From the human T2T-CHM13v2.0 reference genome, Homo sapiens, in assembly GCF_009914755.1 (NCBI RefSeq), contig NC_060947.1: a stretch of DNA of 64,000 nucleotides. The stretch is one strand, 5' to 3'. The position numbers and the translations under genes were made by a program. Numbering within the stretch: the first letter of the stretch is position 1; each line of letters opens with the position of its first letter. Below the pieces are notes generated by a model that was not told the DNA's origin, ran no database searches, and saw nothing but the letters and a program-made list of their open reading frames with translations. Shown piece after piece: positions 53,954-64,000 of this stretch.

Positions 53954-56574
53954 ATTTTTGACTAAAGAGGTGGGAGGATGAAAGATGATGCCAAAGTAAG
54001 AGAAGAGGAGTATTTTGGAGAATGGGAAAATACCTGAGAAATTCAGTCTGGGTAGCTGACTGCAGATTCAGGTCCTGGGTTGGGTAGTGGGTGGAAGTGA
54101 AGCATGGGTACAGAAAAGGATTTGGTGAAGGTCAAAGTCAAATTGAGAGTGATCAAGTTGTGGACTAGGAGAGTTAGAAGGATTATTACAGGACCTTAAT
54201 GCCAAGAGAATATGGAAGTATGGAAAGGTTAAGTGACATTTCCAAGGTCATACGGTATTTCTTGGTGGAGCTAGAAATAAAACCAACAGAACTTTGATCC
54301 TTTTACCACAAAATTAAATTCCATTTCCGTGCTTGTTAAATAGCTACATGTTCAGCACTGTGCTACATACTACTGGGAGTGAAAGTTCCATTTATGATAT
54401 TTTGCCATCATGAAGTCCTCCATTTTCCTTCCTTGTAATAAAGATTTCCTGTTGTGAAGGCCAAAATATATGAGCAATACTGCCTAATTTATGCTGGGAT
54501 ATTGGAATTTAAAGATAGCAAGTGAAAGTCTCTGCTTTATAGCAGATTCAAATCAATAGGCGTAACAAACATAATAAAGTCAATCATAAAGAACTAATTT
54601 CTCTCTTTAGAATCAACTTTAATATCCCCTTTCTTGATTCATTTAGGCATCAAGTCATGTAGATTCTAACTTCATAATCTCTCCCAGGCCTGGCCCTGTA
54701 CTCACATCACCTTCATTCTTACCTTAGACTGCATCCTTACCACCTCTCATAGGGATTGTTGCAGCCATCTCTAAAGTGGTATTCCTATATTGATTTTTTA
54801 TCATCCTTCAATCAATGCACACCTATGTCAGATTAATATTCCTAAAGCACCGCTTTGCATTCCTCCATCATAACTCTGTTCAAAATTAATTTAATGTTTA
54901 TTTAATATTTAATGCATTTAATGTTCCCCATTGACCAAGGATAAAGGCCAAATTCTTATGCTGACTTCATGGTCATCTCCTTTGTCATCCTTTGTAGTCA
55001 TCTGTTTATGAACATATCTTATTTCTGACACTGGATTGTACATTTGTAGGGACAGGAACTCTAGCTTCTTGTCTTTCAGTTTCCATACACTAGCACCAAT
55101 TAGACACTTGGTAAATGTTTCTTACTGATGATTGCTTCCTATAATATAATATCAAAATATTTTCATTTAATATTCCATTATCAAATTCACAGAAGACATT
55201 CCTGTATTTGCTAAAGGCTTGTTAGCTATTTGATTTAATCTTTGTAACCACTAATCTTCAGAAAAAATATTTCGTATTATCTATATTTTTACACATATGC
55301 ACACATTCACATGGAGTTAAGTCAAGCTTTGGCAGAGACTGACCTAATTCCTTAATATGTATCCCAAACACCTACACTGTTATGATTTGACTTGCCTCTA
55401 AGTGCTTAAGCTTAAATCTGTCTTATCGCTACTAAATATACAACCCATTCTAGCCAAGTGTACTAATAGAGAAAAAATAACTCTTCCTTCTCTTTGTGCT
55501 TTGTGTTTGTTCTTTGTACTGGTTCCCACAATGGGTATATTCCCAATGGGTCCATAGGCAGTCAACAGGAGTTTTAGCTGAAGGCAAATGATGGATTACA
55601 CACACTAAGAGAAATTCCATACTTATTTTTAATGGGCTGGGAAACAAGATGTTCTGGAAAAATCATTGACTTAACAATCAGAATAACGGGGTTCTAGACT
55701 TGGTTTTACCAGGAATTAGCAGTACGATCTTAGAGTCATGTAAATACTTGTTGTCAATCTATTTCCACATCTGTTGAACATAGGACAATGGTGGTGGATT
55801 TGATTCATTCATTTCACAAATCTTCAGTGGTTGCTGAATACATGATAGGCATGGTGCAGGACACTTTATGGAATAGAAAGGTGACTTGAGTAGAACCCAG
55901 GCATGAGCTTCTGTCCTTGAGGAGCTTATAAGTCTAGAAGGTAGACAATACATACCCAAAGGACTGAAATACAAAGCAGACAGACATGAGAACCATGAAA
56001 GAGGTCCAGAAAAAGTATGTAATGATCTCTCCGATTCCTTCAGCTTAAATATTCTATGGTTTGTCATTAATTTTTCATGAAAAAACTCTTTCCTTCCCAA
56101 AATAGAAGTGCTGTAATAATTTATTAAAGTGCTTTCTTTACTAGCATCACTTCCCGCATCAATGAGAAAGTTAGGGAGATTAAATTGAATGATTTCGACC
56201 ATAATCACAAGGAGATGGAAAAAAGAGCATTTTGCAGAAAGATGTAATACCCATTAACAAGTCAGCAAAAGACAACAACAGGAACTTTTTAAATTACTTT
56301 TTTTAAAAGTACCTGTTTTGTAAAAGAATTTTGAAGACAAAAACCAATCACACGTTACTGAGTCTCTATACTTCTAGCCCTCTTCAAGAGACTGCAGGAG
56401 TTGGAAACAAAGCTTAACATATGGTGCCTCTCCTCTTTCTGATTAGCATGTAGGTAGGAAGATCAGACTAAATATAGAGAGGATGATTTTAAACCAGTTT
56501 GGTATAAAATTGCATAGTGCAAATTATGGTATCATAAGAGATAAGAGAAGAGAAACATTGCAATGGAGGAACGA

Positions 56575-56795
56575 TGTCTTTAGAATCAGTCAGATCTGGA
56601 TTTAAAACTTTCTCTGCCACTTCTTGGCTATGTGACCTTGGGTTTATTGCATAAATTCACTGTAATTCAATTTTCTCAACTGTAAAATGAGGATAACTGT
56701 GTAACTTGCTATGCAGGATTGTTATGAAGATTAAATGGGCAAGTGCATGTAAAGTGACAAGCATTGCCTGGCCCATAGAGGTGTTTAATGGTCAT
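56575..56795 (+). mobile_element. MIR
   Basis: CTCTGCCACTTCTTGGCTATGTGACCTTGGG..CTGTAAAATGAGGATAA..GGATTGTTATGAAGATTAAATG. Confidence 0.75.
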
Positions 56796-59700
56796 TTGTT
56801 GATTTTGATAATTAGAGTGAGTTGGAAAACCCAAGGAAGAAGTTCAGACCCAAGGTGGGCATTTACAGATGGCAGAGAGGAGAGAGTAGAAAAATATATA
56901 AATGAAATCTACTTGTAAATTTGACTTGTAAGAAAAAAATTAAGAGAGGAATAAGCGTTATCTCATGCACTTCCACAATGTATCTGGCAATAAACTAATA
57001 TTAGTAACCACCAGCTAATAGCTAGTGATAATTCACAATCTAGTACTCGTCTGGTTAGCATGTCTCTTCTCAACGTAGTCATTAAACTCATTCGTCAGGG
57101 AATCTGTAAATATCATAAAGCTATTAAAATTTGCTCCATGGATCTTAAGAGTAAAACACAAGCACAATTCATTATTTGCTAAACTCAATGAATTTGCTCT
57201 TGATCCTCTAGCAGCCCAGAATGAGTAAAAGGTTGAGAAATATTTACAAGTGGCATAATACCTCTTTCTTACGTCAACCTTTCTGAAGCTGTTGAAACTG
57301 GATAAAGTATTTAACCAGCCTTATACCTTTTTCTTTTTACATAGTTATTATGATGATGACTGGCAGACCAAAAATATTTTGGTGCTTTGGGGTGAAATGT
57401 ACTAGACACAGAAGATACAAATCATCAAAAATAAAACTGGAAAGAAAGAAGCTTATCCACTGAATTCAGTTTTCAAGGAAGAAAACCAAACATCTTATTG
57501 AGACTAAGTTGTCTACTGTGTTGATCTGAACTATAGGCATGCTATTTTCTCTGAAGCGGGAGTAAACAACACTCTTGTGGTCTTTAACACACTAGAGTTG
57601 TTGTGGAAACATCACATCCCACTTTGATTCATGTACTCTGGGCTAGGAAAATGAATTTGGAAAAAACCAAAGCACTCTCTATTTAACTTTCCAATGAAAC
57701 TACACTCTCTTTGTGTGTCCCCATTACTTGACTTTGAATGGAGGTAACCAAACTCTCTTCCTAAGGCTCCACAGGATTAGAAAAACTCACAGCTTCCAGG
57801 TTGTCTTAGCTTGACCCAGGCAATCACCCCTGGGATCTCAGTAAGGCATATTTCCAGAGCTTAGAAGAAAGCTTTTTTTTTTTCCTTGAGGAATTGATGG
57901 CATTTTGTAAAGGAGGAAATGAAAACTCATAAAGCATTTGCAAAGACTGAACACTTTAGAACTGAGTTCTTCTCAGAGTTTATCTTTCTGTACATAGCCA
58001 GTGCTTCTAAGAAGTGAATCTCACCTCACCACCCCTCCAACCCTGAAACTGAAAGACCTCTCTATTAGTAGTAGGGATTAGCCTCAGAGGGGTGTGTTTG
58101 TTATTAGAAGATGAAGTATAAGTCTAGCTATTTAAATCCATTATTTAAAACCTTCACAGTTGATCAGGAGTCATGCAGCAATTTTAGGGTTTAGTAATGC
58201 AGGCATCCTTAAATAGACTTGAGGCCTGAGCCATAGCCAAGAGGTATGTCATGATCCTGTGGAAGACAAATCCATTATTTCCTCCAAAAGACTTTTAAGG
58301 AAACTAAAAATAGTCAAATACATCTTACGATAAAAATAATAAGACACATTTTGAATCAACAGGTAATAAGATACAGGCACGCAAAAGATGTAATAAAATT
58401 GTTATGTCCTTCTGGTTTCTAATGTTAATAGAGGTTTTTCACAATTAAAGATACTAAGATTTTGTCTTTCTATCTGGAGATGGTTTTAACATGAAAATAT
58501 GGTATATGAAATGGATAATTCATGTTGCAAGCCTGTGAATTTTATATTCCTTTCCAACTGCATGTTGTTTCTCTCCCAAGATACTGTCTCAGAGGTTTGC
58601 CAATTACAACAGTGACTCTTTTGAAAGAATGTTCATTTGAGTTCCCAGCAAAAATAATTTCAAGGAGACGTTGCCATTCAAAACATTCACAAATGAACTC
58701 CATACTTCATTACCTCAATTGCAGACAAAAATATAAAAATAATCTGACCTTTTCATTCAAAATATGTTTTTGACTGAAACAAACAAAAAATCATATTCTT
58801 CCTTAGAAAAAAGTGTCCAAGGAGGGGTAAAGGTAGACTACCTCGACTGCTAATGTGAACTTGATAGTCCTGTTTGGTTACTGACAATGACATAATACAT
58901 TTTGTTCTCCATGGAACCCATTTTACTACCTCTGACCATTTGACGGTTGCTTAGGTTTGGAAGCTGTCTAATATCTGTGCCCAGGGCAAACCACTGGAGT
59001 TAAAATGTACAGAGGAAAGAGAATGTGGTTTATTGAATGCTAAACTAAAGTGAAAGTCAGCAAGCCTCAGTTCTATTTCTGGCTTCTCTTTGGACAAATC
59101 GTACCTTCCTTGACCTTGAGCAAGTCATTTACTATCACTGTATCCCAGATGGTACAATAAGATCTCATTATAAGAAAACACCAATACCACATTTTTCCAT
59201 AGCGTAATTTATAAGGTAAGGAATAAATGTGAAATGGATTAATTGAAGAATTGCTTATTGGAAATGTCTCAAGCCCCACTGTCTAATGGTACTATCAAAA
59301 GTACAGCTAAAAACAAACTTCAGAACAGCAGTGGGATACATGGCTCTTTATGTCCTCAGGTGAGATCTGAGGTACAGTTATGGGGGGAAAAGAAAAGAAA
59401 GACCCAGGACAAAGATTTAGTTACTCTCCCCACTTCCCTTCCTTTTTCCTATTTCTTCCTTTCCTGATTTTATGAGAACTGCTGAATGTCTTTTGCACTG
59501 CAGACACTCATGGTAATAACACTATTGACCAGAGGAAAGTTCTACCTGAACAAAGCAAGAGAACAATAATTGAGGGTTTTATAGGTAAGAGGAAAGAAAA
59601 TGGTTCATTGTCTGTACCCTTGAGTGTTATCAAAGCTTCAGAAATGGAAAATGGTATGATCTTCAGAATGTCTGTGATGTCCAAGTCTGGAATGTAACTC

Positions 59701-60250
59701 TTAAAAAACGTCATGTCTCAGAAATACCTCTTTAGTTATAGGATGTAAGGGAGTTGTAACGCAGAATTCCTTTTATTCAAGGATGCTCTAATAAAGAAAC
59801 AAACAAAAAATCTAGGGATGCAGTTATTTTATATATTGAAGGATAGTTAGGCCAGGCGATTATTATTTCTATTCCATTTTATGGTCTTTAGTGAATTTAG
59901 TATAATAATAAAATAGAATCAGAGAATTATAGAGCTGGAAGGAGCATTAGAAATAACAGAGTCATTTTGCAGGCAAATCAGCTGAGGCACAGATATGAGT
60001 TGCCCAAGATCAACACTGGTAAATATGAAGGCTAGAAATTGAATCTTCTGAATCTTATTATAATAATAAATATTTCATTACTTAAATTTGACATCATATG
60101 ACCTGACAAGTTCCTATAAATAGTAACACTTGAATTTTCCTTCTTTCTATAAGATGTCCAACTATTAAATATGAAACCAGTTACTGAGACCATAATTGAC
60201 TTTAGTTGCATATTCCTTCATTTTTATTTTGGCTTTCGTTTCTCCACCAG

Positions 60251-60626
60251 TTATATGGTTTGGCTGTGTCCCAACCCAAATCTCATCTTGAATTGTAGTT
60301 CCCATAATCCCCACGTCGTGGGAGGGACCTGGTGGGAGGTAATTGAATCATGGGGGTGGTTACCCCCATGCTGCTATTCTTGTGATAGTGAGTGCGTTCT
60401 CACGAGATCTCATGATTTTATAAGGGGCTTTTTCACCTTCTGCTTGGCACTTCTCCTTGCTGCCGCTGTGTAAGAAGGATGTATTTGCTTCCCCTTCCAC
60501 CGTAATTGTAAGTTTCCTGAGGCCTCCCCAGCCATGCTGAACTGTGAGTCAATTAAACCTCTTTCCTTTATTAATTACCCCGTCTTGGATATGTCTTTAT
60601 TAGCAGCATGAGAATAGACTAATACA
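60251..60626 (+). mobile_element. THE1 (MaLR) solo LTR
   Basis: TTATATGGTTTGGCTGTGTCCC...AGACTAATACA, 376 bp, perfect 5-bp TSD ACCAG. Confidence 0.9.
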
Positions 60627-61873
60627 ACCAGTAAGACATACGTTTAGTTATTATTGTTTTCATTATTATCCCCAACAGAATGAAAAGAGGAGAAAAATAA
60701 GAAGCTAAAATGTATTGTCCAACAAAGCCACATAATCGTCTACAAAAAAGTTTTAATAGGGAAGAAAATTGCTGATGATTTTTCCGCCTAAAGATAGCAG
60801 GCAAGATGAATCTCTTCCAAAGCCATATTCTACAAGAATATATCAGTGCCAGGGCCACTACTGGCACATACAGTGCCTTCTGGCAAATTATAAAATGGCA
60901 TTTCCTGCAGGCAGATGAATTGGGGGGAAAAAAAGGTCCCCTGTAATCGGATCAATTACAGAGAGACACAGCTTCTGGAAATGCCTGTGCCAGTAGTATT
61001 TCCCCACCTCTACCCATGCACTCAGAGCCTCTGTGCAGGATGCAGCCTGCATAACCTTAAGCTGAGACCCTGAGCATTATTCTCTTTATCACAAATGCTG
61101 TCACTTCTGTCTGCATAGACTTCATTAGTAATAAGTTAAAATTCGGCTGTGGAAAACACATGTCTTCAGTTTCTTTGGCTTGCCTTCAATACCAACAAAG
61201 ATAGGAGTCCCAAGTCTCTAGTATCCTAGCAATAAGTATGGATTTTGACATTACCAAACACATTGACCCATTCTTGTAGATCTGCAGACTGCCCTGCCCA
61301 ACTTCTCTGTCCAGCCAAATCCTATTGACGCTTTAAAACCTCATCTTCTCTTCCAAGCAGCCTTTGCTGACTCATTCCAATCCTCACTGATATTTCTTCC
61401 CTACATCCCTTAAGATTCATTATCTGTTGAGGATTTGGCATTTATTAATATGGCATTGAATGATATTTCACCAGAGGACCCAGTAATGCTTAAATCACCA
61501 GACTGCCCTGGAGATGACATGGCATTCCTGCCAGAGTGGTTTCAGGGCAAGGGGGAAGACAACCTGAAGACTCTAGCAGCTCTATATTGTGAACTAAGAT
61601 AGACCAACAAGTAATAAAACAAGTGCTCGGCTGCCCAATGCACCTCGTACTGGCATGTGCTGCCCAGACTTCCCACTTTCTTGGTGTATAGATAGCCACC
61701 CAGCCAGTGTTTCCAAAAACAGTGGATTGATCCTTCCAACTGGCTATTGTGAATGGTGATTGAAAGTATCTGCCTCTTAAGTAATGGAGGCAGCGCTTTA
61801 TTTTTTTATATATATCAACTACATTACTTTCGACATGAGAAACTTCTGCAGCCTGTTTAAAAATGTGAGAAAA

Positions 61874-62220
<347 letters not shown>

Positions 62221-62742
62221 TTAACTGTCTTACTAATGAAGACATTTAATAATTTAGCCGATCCCCTAAAATAATTGCCACCAGATGCCCCCTTTCCTGA
62301 AATTGGTGCATGTTTGAGTAAAAAGCATAAGCATCTTCAAGTCTATCTTTTCAGCTTCAAACAGGAAAGGATGTTGAGCAAGGAGTGGCAGGAATAACAG
62401 GAATTGATGTGACTTCCTCTGATATATTATCAAATATGTATGTAGAGGTGTTTATTATTTTCTACCAGTTTGTAGATATGGTGCTAATGACTGCTCCGTT
62501 TTGAGATTGCTGTGACATAAAGCTTACCTTTTCCTGAAAAAAAAAAAAAAAAGGCAACGATACAATAAAAAGGAGGGCAAAAGGCCATCTTACTTCTCTT
62601 TCTATCCCAAAACCCAATCCCAAATCTTAACACTCCAATCGAGAATCGGCCAAACAAGTCAAGAAATAATAGAAGAAAAATGCACACTCATAAGCTCCAA
62701 TGCCCATATAGGTGTGTGTATGTGTGTGTTTGTATGTGGGGT

Positions 62743-63428
62743 TGAGAGGTGAAGCCAGCTGGACTTTCTGAGTCGGGTGGGAGAACTTGGAGAACTTTTC
62801 TGTCTAGCTAAATGATTGTAAACGCACCAATCAGCACTCTGTAAAAACGCAGCAATCAGCACTCTGTGTCTAGCTAAAGGTTTGTAAATGCACCAATCAG
62901 CACTCTGTAAAAACGGACCAATCAGCACTCTGTAAAATGGGCCAATCAGCAGGATGTGGGCGGGGCCAAATAAGGGAATAAAAGCTGGCAACCCGAGCCA
63001 GCAGCTGGCAACCCTCTTGGGTCGCCTTCCACGCTGTGGAAGCTTCGTTCTTTCTCTCTTCACAGTAAATCTTGCTGCTGCTCACTGTTTGGGTCTGCAC
63101 TACCTTTAGGAGCTGTAACACTCACTGTGAAGGTCTGTGGCTTCACCCCTGAAGTCAGCGAGACCACGAACCCACTGGGAGGAATGAACAACTCCGGACG
63201 TGTCACCTTTAAGAGCTGTAACACTCACTGCGAAGGTCTGCGGCTTCACTCCTGAAGTCCAGCGAGACCACGAACCCACTGGAAGGAAGAAACTGTGGAC
63301 ACATCTGAAGGAACAAACTCCGGACACACTATCTTTAAGAACTGTAACACTCACCACGAGGGTCCGCGGCTTCATTCTTGAAGTCAGCGAGACCAAGAAC
63401 CCACCCAAAGGAACCAATTCCGGACACA
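62743..63428 (+). mobile_element. LTR12 (ERV9) solo LTR
   Basis: TGAGAGGTGAAGCCAGCTGGAC...CCAATTCCGGACACA, 686 bp, 4-bp TSD GGGT. Tandem CCAATCAGCACTCTG U3 repeats and repeated CTGTAACACTCAC..GAAGTCAGCGAGACCA U5 units. Confidence 0.93.
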
Positions 63429-64000
63429 GGGTGGAGGAGGGGGTGAAGGTTAATGTGCAATTTCTAGATGAGAATGCCTGTGGCTTCTCTTAACCACATA
63501 AATGAACAAGCACTGGCAGAGAGACAGATGGCTTAGCTTGCCCAGAGCAGCCCCAGTGCTCTTAGGGAAGGAAAAGAGCCCCCTTCACTTCACTTCAGTT
63601 CCTCCTTTCCCCAGCAGGGTGAGCAACCCCTAAAGACCATCGTTATTTTGAGGGCTTTTGTTTAAGTATAGCACATATATTAGAATGTACTATGGTGATG
63701 GCCTATGGTGCTCTTGAATTGTTTCATAAATATTTATCCTGAATCCCCAGAAAGATTAGAAACTCATTGAGAGCCAGATCCAGTATCCATGCTGCTTCTA
63801 TGTCTCAAAAGGCTTAACTGAGGCACAGAGTAAATGGTCAGTCATTATGGGTATGATTGAATGAAAAAATAAATCCTTAATTTTGAAACTCAATACAACC
63901 TGGTTTTACAGATGTGAGGATAATGATATGGCATATTCAAAGGACGTAGAAAGGAGTTAGGAACTGGCAAAAGAGTTTAAACCATCAAGAGTAGCTCCGT

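Noticed and set aside
55759-56208. 149-aa minus-strand ORF
   Set aside because: No recognisable domain or splice context; overlaps L2/MIR-like decayed sequence.
62277-62293. Second CTCF-like motif GCCACCAGATGCCCCC (also GCCACAGGTGGCAC near 50617)
   Set aside because: Mismatches at core positions and no supporting context.

Overview
Human (eukaryotic) genomic DNA, repeat-rich and mostly intergenic. I recognise it as Xq23, from the 3' part of the cancer-testis gene LUZP4 (HOM-TES-85/CT28, an mRNA-export adaptor). LUZP4 coding exons 2-4 lie on + at 2584-2715, 3892-4010 and 6797-7396, with AATAAA at 8129; exon 1 is upstream of the window. The remaining ~56 kb holds a nested stack: an old L1 interrupted by a processed HRK (harakiri) pseudogene lacking the BH3 core and by a two-LTR MER51-type provirus. 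It also holds solo LTRs (MER61-like, MER41A-like, THE1, LTR12), a human-specific SVA_F1 carrying MAST2 exon-1 sequence, about 20 Alus, MIR/L2 and hAT/Tigger fossils. The most striking observation is that LUZP4 exon 4 is one 21-bp minisatellite. Its Arg/Ser/His repeat and its leucine zipper are the same DNA unit read in two frames, switched by a 4-nt deletion and restored by a 1-nt insertion. Gene and repeat family names come from recall of consensus sequences, not database searches, and repeat boundaries are approximate unless a target-site duplication (TSD) is given. Almost all ORF-track entries outside LUZP4 are spurious.
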